A stretch of DNA of 64,000 nt from Podarcis pityusensis. Taxonomy: Eukaryota. Numbering within the stretch: position 1 is the first letter of the stretch; every line of letters begins with the position of its first letter. The notes beneath the pieces were generated by a model. That model worked only from the letters and a program-made list of their open reading frames with translations, was not told the DNA's origin and ran no database searches. Position numbers and translations under genes: made by a program. This document shows, piece by piece, positions 36,966 through 51,076 of the stretch. The stretch lies in the NCBI GenBank assembly GCA_964106645.2, contig OZ067039.1. One strand, given 5' to 3'.

Positions 36966-37496
36966 CCCACATTTTCTATTTTGGGGGGTGGGTAGGCTTC
37001 ATATGTCTGTTCTTGAGATGCCTGCCCTTTCACATTCTACTTCGCTAAGGTTAGGCCCCCAAAATACAAATTTAAGTGGACCATCAAATTTTGTTTTTTG
37101 CTTTTTCCTGAATGATCTTTCCCTTCACTGGTCTTTATCCATATTCTTTGGAATGCCAAATGCTTTCATAAGTCTGCCTCTGTAAGTTTACTACCTCATG
37201 CTTCAGTGTTTAAATTGCTGCTGCTTTTGTCTTCCAGAATCCTTTTCACAACTTTGTCTGTGGTCCCATATCCACTGTCAATTTCACAAGACTCTCTTTT
37301 GAATTCTTAAAAATATCTTCGGACTCTTACTGACTTGCACGTTTTCTATTGTTACTTGAAGCCTCTAGATCAAAGGTGCTAAGCTTAATTTCCAAGCTGT
37401 TGTTTTGGAGTTGCAATTCGCCTTGTGTAAGTAGTACTTATGGAAGCATATCTGCCTATCTTACTATTCTTCCCACACCTTGCAAATTAACTCAGG

Positions 37497-37527
37497 ATTT
37501 ATTTATTTATTTATTTATTTATTTATT
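37497..37527. repeat. (ATTT)n microsatellite
   Basis: Tandem ATTT run. Confidence 0.95.
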
Positions 37528-40500
37528 GACAAGAGTTTCTCACTAGAATTCCTATCCTGTCTTGCCACTTGGTTTCTAAAGTTGCAAAGTGTAGATGTCA
37601 AACGTAAAGTGCCCCCACTTTCCAAAGATAGTAACTTCATAAATTTGAGACAAAGCCACTATATAGACCTGATGAGTAAGGCACAAATGTCTGGAAAGGG
37701 GGACGTTTTCATATTCTTCATCAGCTTTCCTCTTCCAGATTTTTCTGTTAGTTTCTTGCCTGATTGATATGAAACACACAACTCTCCAATTCAATCCAAC
37801 AATTAAAAAGAAGAAAACAGAAAGTTATGGAGAATCAAAACCAAAAAGGTCTGTGTGGCCACATTTTACTTAGCAAGTATGACATTTGAAAACTCTGTAC
37901 CCATGTGTGAGTCACGCAGGTGTTTGTAGCATTTCCATACCAGTGATGTGACAAATGTTCACCTGTAGAACACTACCACAAATATGCAAAGTGGTTGTTT
38001 TTTTTTAGACCTCCATGTAGAGGTTTTGGTATTTAAACCCTCAGTTACTGTGCGGCAGGTGGTGTTTGTTCCATCACTGCGGCAAGAAAATTACACGTAC
38101 TGAGCCTTTCCCTTTCTTTTCAACTTTTGTGAAGAGTTGGCAAACCTGCAAATGCAGGTATGTGTGGCTCTGAAGGTTGCAACTATGTAATTGACAGGCT
38201 GAATGGAGGTCTTGGAAGTCGAACTTTTTTCTGCTGCAGACTTGCTGCCATTGGGGGATTTTTTGTGTAAAGAGAGAAAATACCCAGAGAGAAAAAAATA
38301 ATTCCTATATTGCTCTGACAATTTTTGTCTCAATATGAGTTCAATAGTGCCTATTTACACTTCCATCAGTAAGAATCTGCTATGTGTCAAAACTCATTAC
38401 TCATTCCACGCAGCTCAAAGCATACTCTGGGAGTGGTTGAAACATATTTTAATTCTGTTTCCTCAGTTTGCAACAGAATTTCTGTTGGGGATGAAGATGC
38501 AGAGAATTACATTTCTGTTCAGCGCTAGGAATACACCAGTGCCTTGTTGAAGCTCTTCCTCAAAATGGATGTCAGAGGCCTACTTTAGTGGAGGAGTAAT
38601 GTGAATAACTTGTCTCTTGATGTATACAAGCCCTTTTTAGATGTCTCTGAAAAGAGCTATTGCTCTTGGCTGTCAGAGGTGAAAGCCTGTCATGAAAGAG
38701 AAAAAGGCTTATCATGTTTCTGGATACCTGCTTTATTAGCTTCACAACAAGGAGTAGGATTAGTACACCTGAGACTCTGTCAGACTTGTATTCGTTTAGA
38801 GTGAAAAATAGTTTGATCAGGTTGTGTACAAACATAGCTAGTCTGTTTCTTCCCTTTTCTCTCAGAAGATTGAAGCTTTCCCTCAGGAGAAGGGGGGGGG
38901 GACCCTGAAAGCTGCTCCAGGCTCCTTTCGCAATTATGTTTGATTTTCACTACTTCAGAGCAAAGTGCAGCTGTATCCTAGTATCATCTCCTTGGTAAGA
39001 TCAGTTTTAGGCTGAGAAACAAACAACCAGAAATACTTTTCCAACCTCTCTTGGCATTGTTAGGAATTTCTTCAGCTGACTGCTGTACTGATACATTCCT
39101 GGCTTAATGATAAAGGTTGGCTTCAGTGTTTAAAGCTTAGATAAGTGAACCTGAACTACATTACAAATTGGTTTAAGTGGCCTGGTCTTCCCACTGAACC
39201 TTGGAAACTGTAGTTTAGTGACTTCAAAGTGAACTTCAGTTCACAAGGTTCCTTGCTTAAAAACCATAGCAGGCGCAAAATTGATTTAAATTTGTAGTGC
39301 AGGTATACTTTTAGCCTCAATCACTGGGTTTGATTCTTCTATGCCTTTGCTTTCTGTGTCTATTTTCCCTCTGAGACTGTTCGCATTTGTAAATAAAGGG
39401 GTAACGTTTGCATTTTTTGTATAATGTAAAATGTAAAAAAAACAACAACAGTAAAAATACCTATTACACACCCTTTTTGTCAGGCATTAGCTCTCTAGCT
39501 TTGCAACTCAACAGATCAGAACGGATAGATATATGGCATATAATACACACACAAATACTCTGAACTAAACCCCGGTTTAGTTGCAAGTACCCACCAGAGT
39601 ACTTTGGACTGGAAGGAACATGCAAGCTGTTTAATCTGTCTTCCTGTTTTATTTCTGAGAAGAAATTGCTGCTACGAACCTAAAAATGAATGTACATTTT
39701 ATTTATTTATTTTTGCTTGATGGATTTAGATTTCTGTATACAAAAGAGTTCAACCTCTAAGGCAATAAATATATTGATGTAACATAGACTGCTTCAGAGT
39801 TATTTCTTGCAGACTAACTATTAGGACAATTTATATATGGCACAATTTATGTACTGACAATTTTGATGCCAGGAATATTTACACACTTGGTTTATTACAT
39901 TGTAGGTTATTGCAGAAAAACAATCCAAAATAAGCTGCTGAGAAGCTGATAAAAACAGCAGTTGCCTTAAAACCATCCACCATCACCCCACAGCAGGAGA
40001 ATACAATCACCTTGAGGCCAAAGGCTGGACATTTTCTTATTTTTATTTTTTGAAGGGGAGGAGGAATCTTAGCAAAATAGACTCCACTGTTAAGGTTAGC
40101 TATTCCTTTATGGTTGTGAGTTGTCTATTCATTGCAGAATCGGGAAGGGTGTGCTTCTGCATTTCAGAGGTGTGTATTTGTGAGATCCCCTTCTGATCTG
40201 AGGTGAAAGTTTTCATTTGGGGGGTGTATAAATGGATTTATTCATAGTGTAATGTAGAAGATTAACTGTGAACTGTCATCATGAGTTTTATGTTGGGAGA
40301 TGCCATGTATCTGCAGGGAGGCTGAGCAGCAGTTATTGCAATGTGTCCGACTGGGGGATATGGCCCACATACTTGAGCCAAGGCATCAGAATCTGATCAA
40401 TTTTAGTTGGTTGACTGTAGGCCAGTAAGACTGCAGAATTCCACCCAAATTGAAATTATTAGCTGGGGGTAGGTGGGGGCCTTCTGAGAGAATAAAAGGC

Positions 40501-42754
40501 TGGGATCTGGTCAAGAAGGGACGGGGGGAAGTGTGTGTGGTTGTTGTACATCTGCTGGAAGTTGAGTCACACAGTGGACACCTGGGGACTTAAGGAGTGG
40601 CTCGGAGTGGCTTGTGAAACCTGAGAGGATCTGAGAGCTGAAATCACAGGCTAGAGCTGTGGAAGAAGAATGGCGGGGAAGAGAGGCAGCATTCAGGAGA
40701 GTTCTGCCCCCAAGAATCAGCAGCATTGTGGAGAAACTGAGGTAACAACAGTTTCTGGGCAGGGGGGGCTGGGGAAGGCAGCAGAAGTCCTGAAAAAAAC
40801 TTGAGAGACTCAACAGGGAAGTGTTCATGGACTTGACTGAAGATTGCAAGTGTGCTCAGTCGATGAGCATTAACTGAGGAAGAGTGGCATCAGGAAAATT
40901 AGCTTTGAGTTTGAATACAGGTAGGACCAAGCTCACACGATTACTGAAAGGAATCCTATGTTGTATTTGCTATTTCATTTAAAGTGACAGTAACCATACA
41001 GTGTAAACATTCTTATTTAAAGCAATTCTAAAGAAGCGAAGCTAGTTAAGGAACCACGCATACATACAAATATCACTATTTATATTTTACTAATATAATT
41101 GACTTGTGTGTTTTTTTACCTCTGTGCTGTTTTGTCCTACTCCTAACCATAGCCAGTGGTGCTTAAGCCTTAAACTGAGGTAGAATATAGATGGCATTCA
41201 GATACACAGTGGCTGCAGTAATAAAGGGTTAGGAAATGAAGGAATGTGACGTAGCTAAGGGGAAAAGCTAATGTGTGAGAGGCAATAATAAAAGGGGCAT
41301 TGAAAGGATGCTGATAGGCTTGTGAGGAACTAGAATATCTTTGCATCCTTCTGCTGAAGTTACGCCGCTGTGATAGGAGATGGTGTAAAGTAGTGCCAGA
41401 CCCAGTCATGTGCCAAGCATGCAGGAGGAGGAGGTGGGCTGCCTTTTCCGCTTGGGACTTTTGTGCTTGTGTATAGAAAACCTATAAATAAAGTACCCCA
41501 AGTTAGATTTGGAATAGTTCCTGTCCTAGCAAAATGTGAGGTGACAAAGGACAAGTCAAGTCAAAAAGACCAAGCAGGCAGAAACAAACATCCTTGCTTT
41601 TCCCCCTTGTTGCTTCCAGATGGAAATGAAGCCTTGTTTTTAAAAGCCGTTATCTCTTTCCCTATGCTTATATCCCTTTATCTTTGGTGTTTTTCACAAG
41701 AGCACTTTTATGTTCTTTGCTGAACACTCTGAAATATTTTTCCTGTTGCCCGTTAGCAAGCAGCACAATCTATTAACAATGTGGTGTTGTTGTTGTTTTA
41801 CCATTTTACTTCATCAGTAAACTTATGCTGATTTGGGGGATTTTTTTTAAAAACTCTGCGTACTCTTGTATAGAAGAGTGTCTGAGAAATATGTATACAA
41901 ATATTATGGGTTGTATTCAACGTAGCACTAAGGAGAACATTCCATCAGCGCAAAGATTTCTCCTTGCTTAATGACATATTACGGCAAAAGGGTTCTAGCC
42001 CCACCTAGTTTTCTATGTACAGGAATGAATTGGGGTTTTTTGTTTTATGTATAAGGGAGATGCAAGTGGTATAGCCACACAAATAGTATAGCCCTGTCGC
42101 AACTTTACCATTTCAGTGGCAATGAAGTGTTTGTAACTCAGCGGTTGGGACTGTGCCTGACTGCATCTGCTAGAAGAAGCAGGTCGCTCAGTTCTGTCTC
42201 ATTATATTACTTGAAACAAATGTCTTTTATTATTCTGTTAAGCAAAGGGTGGGGAGACCAAACCTTAGGAAAAGCAAAAGAAGAAAAAGAGCCTCAGAAT
42301 GATGCTAAAAGTCCATCTTTATCAAATACAGTTCTTGAAAAATACCTGGAAGCCCAGCGTATTTTGATCGAAAATAATCTTCATAGATACTTACTGAAAA
42401 CAAGCTTCTCCTATCCAAAATAAGGATTTTCTATTGTTGACTTGATAAATGCCTCTTCCTTTGCTTCCCTTGATAGCGCCAACCAGATTTGTCACATCAG
42501 ACTCAATATAATGTGTCCTATGCTGAAGACAAGCTAGTCATCATGCCAACCTGTTCTCAGTCTTTGTTAGTAGGATAAAGCCGTGCTGTTGGATAAAAGG
42601 TATCACAATATTAAATGCTGCCATTGTCAGCTCTTATTTGGTATACATCAGAACCAAAAGCCCATCTCTTCAAACATTCTTCAAGGAACAGAAAAGGCCT
42701 TAAACTTTTTTTGCTAGTCCCTCCAAAATTAATCCTGCTGTATTCATTACTACT

Positions 42755-42772
42755 GTCCACTAGATGGCAATA
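42755..42772 (+). promoter_or_regulatory. Candidate CTCF site
   Basis: GTCCACTAGATGGCAATA closely fits the CTCF core consensus. Confidence 0.55.
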
Positions 42773-45149
42773 GTTTAAAGAGAATTTGTGTTCTGCTCAG
42801 CTGGCAAAAATGACATCAGCCTCTTTCACTACAGTCTATACAGAAGGCTAGCAAAGTAGAGGGAAGAGCATTAGGTGCATATGTTTGTTTCAGCCAAGAG
42901 CCCAATTTAAAGTAGAAAGAGAATCTTGGAGGAGTTTTGGATGAAAGAGCTGCTTTTCCTGCTTGATTTGACACAGGTAATTTTAAAATAAAGTAATATA
43001 GTTTAATTAGCTTTGAACACACACACCCCAATGTGTGTCCTTTAGTTTTATATCTTAAGAAGCAAATGTTTCCATCAGAGGCTCTTTGAACAGAGCCCAG
43101 GCGGGTGCATATCAGCTCTAAGTCATTATGCAAATTACTAACTAGAATAGCCTTTTGCAAACATTTCAGCCAAAACCTTAGATTTTTCAAGTTAAGGGGG
43201 CACTTTGGATACCCTATTCCATTCCCACTCATTGCATCAGACTGATTTATTATTATTTATTAGATTTATATACCTTGAGGGGCACACAAGCAGTTCCTTG
43301 AAATGTTTCACCAGAATCATGCAGAACTGGCCTTCATCTTGCTTCTGTGGCACAATATATTTTATGGCATATATGTATGGCGAACATCTGCCACAAATAG
43401 GAATGTCACTCTGGTGCACCTTACAGTACTACCTACAGAGCTATCTGTGCCTTGGAATGGTTTGTTGAGGGCAAAACCAGATGCAATGTGAGAGACGTGA
43501 TCAGATAACCTGACATGTTTTAATTTGCTTAGAAGTCGCTTTGCAGGAACAGAGGCAGCTGGTTTGGATGGGGCCCATGACACTTTGGGGAAAGGGGGTA
43601 ACACTTTCCTTCCACACACAAAAATATCCCCCTTCCTCAAGCTGCAGAGGGTTAGGAGCTGAGAACAATATAGGATATTTGGATAGGACCTGTATGTGTG
43701 ATTGCAACACAAAATTGTGTGTATTCCTTTCCCTAATTTTCCTGTGGTTTTATATCCTATCCACCGCAACCTAAATGCAATGTGACGTGTTAGATACATA
43801 TTTCTCTCGCAACATATTTTTATTCAATGTGGCTGCAAAATTGGGAGTATGTTCTCCTGATACCACCACAAATTCCAATCCAGTGAGGACCAGTTAGACA
43901 TCACAGAAACTTCCCCTTGTCAGTAAAATGAAGCGTGCACACATAGTTGCCTTGAAACCAGATGGTGCTACTGCAAGCCCATCTCTTGGAAATGAATTTC
44001 CCTAGTTTTGAAAAAGGCAGAGGCTGTGAATACTGTCCATGCAATCCAACAGTGTTATGGAAGTGACAGTGAATTCAATGGGACTTACTCCAAGGTAAGT
44101 GAATATAGGATTGCTGCCTGAGTTATATGGAAACTGACAGCTTTGAATACTAATTTTGCCTGATATTATGAGCTCTTAGCCAATTCATGTGTGTGGATTT
44201 TTGTCTGAACTTCTTGCCCAATGACTTCCTTACGCAATGAAACAGTGGGAATTAATTTGTTTCAAAAACAGCATAGAGCTTGTCAGCCTTCATTGGAGTG
44301 AAGATGCTCAGAGTTTGCCTCTTCCATTAGAACGCTATTTAATTAAAATTTCAACTCCTTAAAACAGGTCTTCAAGTGCCTCATTGCATTGAATTGTAGT
44401 GGGTAGCAGAGTGTGAATCATTCTCTAGGAACCAGTTTCACTCTCAGCTCTGCCTTCATCACCCACCATCAGCTAACAAACAAAGCTCCAGTTTTTGTTA
44501 CAAAGGCTGGTGTATGGGTTTTCAGTCAGCAGTTTCTCAAAGAGAGAATTCAACAGGTTGCCGCACTTGGCCTCAATAAAGACTTCAAAAGGATGTGCAT
44601 CTTTTGAGAAAACAAAACAAAACCACCATCCCATAGTGGGTTGATAATATAATTGCATGCAAATGTCAATAAAATATTAAGGCAATCTTCTGCTGAGTTG
44701 GTGGAAATGGCATCTTTGCTTCGCACAGAGCTCTGCTGGATGATACTGAGATTGGTTCTTCAATCAGTATAATTTATTTTATTTATTATTGAACAAAATG
44801 ATTATAATAAAACCTCTAAGCAGCTTACAAGAAATATTAAAATCATTGGTGAAAACATTTAAAAATAATTAAAAACATTTTAAAAATAATTAATTTTAAC
44901 AGTAAAAACTCATCAACGTTTATGTGTCTGGATAGACTTGCCTATCATACTGGCTAACAAAAACAACTTTACTGCTACAGTATAGACAGAGGCGTCTATG
45001 CAACTCTGAGACAACCTAGAGGTGCGCTGCTTCACTCTGCCATTAACGAGAAACGTGTGTTAAGCCTCCTCAGATGTTTTGGACAACAGCACACATCAGC
45101 CCTGACTATTGACTATTTTGTTAGCTGACATTAGCTCATTAAGGAAAGG

Positions 45150-45435
45150 AACAACAACAACAACAACAACAGTATCCCACCCATCTTGCCTCAGCCACTC
45201 GGCATCTTCCAACACATATAAAAACATAAAAGATTACACATTTAAAACTTCCCTATATAGGGCTGCCTGCCTGCCTGCCTTCAGATGTCTTCTAAAAGTT
45301 GTATAGTTGTTTATTTCATTCACATCTGATGGGAGGGCGTTCCACAGGGTGGGTGCCACTGCTGAGAAGGCCCTCCGGCTGGTTCCCTGTAATTTCACTT
45401 CTTGCAGTGAGGGAAACGCCACAAGGCCCTTAGAA
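45150..45435 (-). mobile_element. L2-clade LINE 3' fragment
   Basis: RAFSAVAPTLWNALP...FRRHLK on the - strand, a typical L2 ORF2 C-terminus, ending in a microsatellite-like tail. Confidence 0.75.
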
Positions 45436-46186
45436 CTAGATCTAATTTCCTAAATGCTTTAGTAAATAAGTCATGGTTACTGGTGGAGCAGACATGCTAA
45501 CTTTGCCTAGATTGCTGTTTTCTATTGTTTTCTTTGTGAATCAAAGCTAAGGTTGATACTCCAATTTAAGTGAAAAGCAGGTAGTATATTATTCTGGAGT
45601 ACGTTCTGCGAGACTATCTTGTGATGTAGAAGGAGCTGGCAGGAAACAATGGCTGCTGGAAGTCAGCCTCTTAACTCGGGGATTTCATAAGCTGTAATTG
45701 CGTTAAGGGCAATAAGAGCTCCAGCTAAATAAAGTGGCATGAAAAGAAGTAGTCAGCACACAGCAAATGGCACTGATTGCTCTTCACCCACTGCAAGCTT
45801 TAGAGTGTCGTCTCGGGAAATCCAACCACACATCCTAAGCGAAGAAAGTTAAGTCAGGTTTCGACTGGCCCTGCTCAAAGCAGAAATGGAAATCCCTCCC
45901 CCTCACCCACTCCTCCTTGCTATTAGCTGTGGTGGTGAAGAATATCACTGTCAAGACTGCTCAGAGAACAATAGGCAACCCTGGAGTAGCTGGAGCTGTT
46001 TCATTCAGGCACAGAAAAGAAGCTAAAGTTCATTTGCCCCTGAAAAGCTCCCCCCATCTCAGGCTATGTGTTGAAACCAGAAATTAGTATACACCCAGAC
46101 ACACAAGGTTTTTGGTAACCCACCCTGCCATCACCAACATTTTGTAGAAAAGACTAATTGCCAAGTACCATATGCATGTGGGACCA

Positions 46187-46358
46187 NNNNNNNNNNNNNN
46201 NNNNNNNNNNNNNNNNNNNNNNNNNNNNNNNNNNNNNNNNNNNNNNNNNNNNNNNNNNNNNNNNNNNNNNNNNNNNNNNNNNNNNNNNNNNNNNNNNNNN
46301 NNNNNNNNNNNNNNNNNNNNNNNNNNNNNNNNNNNNNNNNNNNNNNNNNNNNNNNNNN
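46187..46358. other. Assembly gap (172 N)
   Basis: Run of N. Confidence 0.99.
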
Positions 46359-46689
46359 AATATCAGCTGAGCCTCACAAAATACCTTTGAAATGGCGTCA
46401 ATGGTTTATTTATTTTAAACAGATCATTAAGATGCTATCATTAATAAACCATTTATCGGGAGGAAAGCCCCCCCCCCCAATAAACCATAACCCCAAATTG
46501 CAACTGCTGTGTCCAGAGGCTTCACCACCGGATAGGAATAGTCACTCAGGTGCGAGACTCACAGGCTCCTGGATGAAGGGGAAGATTGGCTCAAGGCATA
46601 AGAGTAATCTAGGGTTCCTGGTAAATGGAACCATAGGGCTAGTGATCAGTTTGCAAATATTCTTGGAAAGCACACACAGTGCTAGCAAC

Positions 46690-47175
46690 CAGAAGCACTT
46701 TCTAGCTTTCAAAAATGATTTGCCATCTCTGCCTGCCTTCCTCTTGGGAGAACATGGACTTGGGAACTGTCATTCATGCCATGGTGACCTCAAGGATTGA
46801 TTACTGCAATGCACTGCATGTGGGATTGCTCAAGATGGTTGGGAGGCTATATGATGTGAAATGCCTGGAGCATGGTCCACCAGAACCATGCATGAATCTG
46901 TTCTTTGCCATCACAGGGCTGGGCAGCCTTGTTGGGTTGGGTTGTTTTTTCCTAGAACTATTTGAACCACTCTGCTTTTGCTGCTGTTTTATCTTTGACT
47001 ACTTTGGTGATTCTAGCATTTTACTGGGTTTTACCATTTTGAATATTGTCATTAGTTACTGTCACTTATTCATTTTACCGCTGCTTATTTCTGGTTTTTA
47101 AATGTATTGTGTTGTGATGTTAGGGGAAGCTGCCTTGGGAGGATTTTGACCCTAAAAGATGGCTTGTAAATATTT
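46690..47175 (+). mobile_element. Degenerate L2-clade LINE fragments
   Basis: DLGTVIHAMVTSRIDYCNAL is an L2 post-RT motif. T-rich 3' UTR with a GCTGCCTTGGG-type end. Confidence 0.6.
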
Positions 47176-48825
47176 AAAACAGACAGCCAATGAGAGCCAG
47201 GTACAAAATAGATACGATTAGCATGAAAGGGCAGATTCTGAGACTAGGAGTTTGTTTTCCCATACCAGAAGTGAACTGAGCTCACTGTCCCTTTAAGCAC
47301 AAGTCTTTCTTCATTTCATCAGCCTAATTTTGGAAGGAAAAGTCATTTTGTTGCTACTGTTGGCGAACTATTGAGAGTGAGAAGCCCTTTATAATCTATG
47401 GCAGAACAGCCACAGAGACCAGTAGTTTCTAATATCCCCTCATACCTTATTGGTTCAAATAAAAGTTTTGTCTAGGCAGGCATCCTGCTTCTAACAGCGG
47501 CCAGCCAGCAGTCACGGAAGAGCCTATGAGCAGATATGAGGACAACCGTAATTTCAGTTCAGAGATGTAACAGAATAAGAAGTATGCCCTGCTTTCATCT
47601 ATATTAGGATAATATTGGGTTATATCTAGTGGTGTCACTCAGCTGAGGGTAAGACTTCCATCAGCAGAACAAGATGGAAGCCATTTTTAGCAATCTTCCC
47701 ATCACCCTGAAACCCCCAAATCTGATCTGGAAGGTTCCTCAGCTGAAAGATGCCTGACCACCAACTGAATGACGGCATTGGACACAGCCCACTGTCACAG
47801 CTTTCCTGACAGTTGTAAGGATTGCGACATTATGTGAAGCACTTTGAGCATTTCAGAGTATTATATAACTGTTGTTTTCTATCCTTCTTCAATTGTTTGC
47901 TAGAGTGCCATCTAGCTTCAGCTGATTGATTAAATGGGATCTGAACTGATAATCAGAATGTTGCCCTCGCCCATTTCTGATGACATTGGATTGTATCCAA
48001 CGTTAGTGATACTCATAATGCATCTACTGAAATTGCTAGCATGACTAACTTAAGTCTCTAAACTCCAACGAGTCTATTTTGACTAGGACTAACATACAAA
48101 CAACCCATTGTTTTGCCCATTACAGAGACTAAAGGTTGATATGTTTGCTGTGTCCAAAAGTTAATTCAAATAAGATGAGTTCTGTGGCAACTGCAAAATA
48201 CAGCATATTTCTATTGTGGGGTTTCAAAGATTTTAGTCCATTTGTTTGGAAAAACCGGGCAAATTCTTTTCAAGTTATAATAAGCAATACATTGGGGGGG
48301 GCGGTTAAAGCTTTACAAATTTCAAGAAACACTGGCAAAAGCACAGCTTTTCTTTGATTTAACATAACATATTTACTTATGTATGATAATAGCTTTGTGA
48401 CACTGTGTGGATTTCAGCAAAAATCAGAAACAAGCAGGAACACATGCAGCCTCAGGGCTTGTGCAAGTATTCATAGTGCACTACATAATACCTGCAGTTT
48501 TGAAACCAGGGGGCATTGTACCCCCCAGAGTTAGGCTGACTTAGAGGCATCCATACTTTTCACATCACTAGCACATTATTTCAATTCCTAGTCCAATTCT
48601 TTCACCTCAGGCTTGGGGCACATTAAAATATCATATTGGTTACTACTTGTCAAACGGGATTTCTTAACTACATTTCAGGACACAAACCTCCCAAGACAAT
48701 TCACAAGCATTTTTTTCATTAAAAAATAATAATCAGGTGCTATTATTTGTATTAAATACAAATTGCTGAAGTTCAATACCATCCCTAGACATCATACAAC
48801 AAACCTCATATAATGAAAAATACAA

Positions 48826-48980
48826 TCTGTGGCACAAAGGGCCAGTGTGTTTGGCTGTTAACCAGAAGGCTGGTGGTTTGAGCCCACTCAGGGATGGCTG
48901 TGGGCAGGATTCCTGCATCGCAAAGGGTTGGACTAGATCACCCTTGGGGTCCCTTCAAACTCTGCGATTCTATGATTCTA
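48826..48980 (+). mobile_element. SINE with tRNA-like head and CR1-type 3' tail
   Basis: B-box-like GGTTTGAGCCC, then GGGTTGGACTAGAT...CCCTTCAAACTCT and a GATTCTATGATTCTA tail shared with CR1. Confidence 0.75.
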
Positions 48981-49632
48981 ATAATGCAAAAGATTAATAA
49001 AAGCAACATAAAATGTCCCCTAAGAGACAGAACATAAGGAAGTACAACTTAGCCAATGCTACAAGAGCATAAGGTTTATTTAGAACCACAATGAAACAAT
49101 GAGATCCTAGGCTTTGTTTTATAGGACAATTTTAATAGGTGTGGGTGAACAAAATGGTCTTCATCTGCACTGAAAAGACAGTCCATTCCCTCTTCCCTCC
49201 CTGACCATTTTTCCTTGTGTGCCATGTTTCTTTAGACGGTAAGCCTACAGGCAGGGGACTGCCTTAATTAATTGTATGTAAGTCACTCTGGAGCCGTTTT
49301 GTCTGGAGAGAGGAGTACAAATGCTCTAAATAAAGAAATAAGGTGCCAGGAAACTGTTCTGCAACTACTGGGGTGCTACCACAGAGAAAGCCCTTTTTTC
49401 TAGCAGCCACCTGCCTCGCCTCGCCTCATTTGGTGGTGGCTCATAGAGTGAAGCCTTTGAAGAGGATCATAAGGTTTGGGTAAGTATATGCAAGGAGGCA
49501 ATCTTTCCGTGAAATTACAGCAACCTTCTGATTTATAGGCAGCAAGAAGAAAAGTTCAAAGAACAGCACTATGTGATTGAAATAGGAAAGTTTTCGAGGA
49601 TCTCTTAAAAGCCATTAAAGATGGGCCCATGC

Positions 49633-50588
49633 GGATATGAAGGAAAAGAATCAAAATTTCAAATAGAGGTATTGAAATAATGAGTATAAAAATTTGTCTA
49701 AAATGTATAGAATGTTGTTGGAATGGCACACAAAAGAGGAAGAGGTGAAATCAGTAATGATACATTGGGCCAGAGACTTTGGTTATAATATACAATATGA
49801 TGATTGGACGAAATTATGGAATGAAAGGTTAAAATTTACGGCGTGTACCGCGTTGAAGGAAAATGTAATGAAAATGGTATATAGATGGTACATAACGCCA
49901 GTTAAATTAGCTAAAATGTATAAAACATGTAATAAGTGTTGGAAATGTAAAGAAAAAGAAGGAACTTTCTATCATATGTGGTGGGAGTGCAAAAAGGTGA
50001 AAGGCTTCTGGGAAATGATATATAAGGAATTGAAAAAGATGTTGAGATATACATTTGTTAGAAAACCAGAAGCCTTCTTACTAGGATTGGTAGGTAATGA
50101 AATTAATAGAAAAGATTGTAAACTTTTCCAATACGCTGTAATAGCTGCAAGAATACTTCTGGCGCAAAGATGGAAGCAGGAAGAAATTCCAACAGTGGAA
50201 GAATGGAGAATGAAACTGACTGAATATGCGGAATTGGATAAACTGACTGGGAAGATTCGATACCAGAAAGACCAAAAGTTTATCAAGGACTGGGGGAAAT
50301 TTACAGATTATCTGAAAAGCATATGTGATGCACAGACAACGCTTGTTGGTTATCAAGAGTCTCTGTGAAAAATTAAGAAATATTGTAAAAAAGAAAGTAG
50401 GAGAAAGGAAGAGGAATGGTTAAAGGCAATAATAAGTTCAGAAATGCGTTAACAATAGAAATTTTAATGAAAGATTGGCAGAGAAACTGAGGGAAGTCAA
50501 AAATTGATGAATGTGAGAGTTAATTTGAGTTGATTGTATAAAAATGGTTGGGAAATGAATAACAACTATTATTAAAAAAATAAAAAAT
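49633..50588 (+). mobile_element. 5'-truncated L1-clade LINE (ORF2 C-terminus, 3' UTR, A-rich tail) with 16-bp TSD
   Basis: 224-aa open frame with a CWKC-x-HMWWEC Cys/His motif. TSD AAAGATGGGCCCATGC at 49617-49632 and 50589-50604. TT/AAAG nick site. Confidence 0.92.
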
Positions 50589-50972
50589 AAAGATGGGCCC
50601 ATGCATATTTCCTTGGGAACATTACAACGAAGAGGAAAACATCAAATCAATCATCTACTAAAATGCCAGGCTGTTAGCAGCCAAAATTTGGCAACTAAGC
50701 TAAACCAAGGTTTTTTAAAAAGCAACAGCAGCTTTGTATCACTTGGGCCTAATGCAAATTTGTATCTGGCCAAATATATTCACCTCTTTTATTACAACCT
50801 TCTCTGTAACGTAAGCCCAATGAAGCAACAGGAGCGGTTCCCCAGCCAACCATCCCACCTCCATAACCCTCCCCCTACATTGTTTTCCCCACCAGGCATA
50901 GTTCCATATCTGTATTTATAATGGAAGGGAACAAAAGGGGGCTAAGGAAGGCCCCAGGGATGGGGAAGCATA

Positions 50973-51076
50973 TCATAGAATCATTGAATTTTAGAGTTTG
51001 AAGGGACCCTGAGGGTCATCTAGTCCAAGTCTCCATGGCAGACGGCCATCCAACCTCTGCTTAAAAATATCCAAGG
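50973..51076 (-). mobile_element. CR1-type 3' end fragment
   Basis: CATAGAATC...GAAGGGACCC...GGTCATCTAGTCCA is the reverse complement of a CR1 tail. Confidence 0.75.

Noticed and set aside
40530-41040. Purine-rich LTR-like block
   Set aside because: I could not define termini or a TSD by eye, so it is not reported as a feature.
43080-43098. GGCTCT-TTGAAC-AGAGCC hairpin resembling the histone 3' stem-loop, near LSM11
   Set aside because: The loop is 6 nt rather than the conserved 4-nt loop, and there is no upstream histone ORF or A/C-rich flank. Proximity to a U7 snRNP gene is treated as coincidence.
42816-43799. 138-aa and 145-aa minus-strand intergenic ORFs
   Set aside because: Random-looking composition, with no splice structure or motifs.
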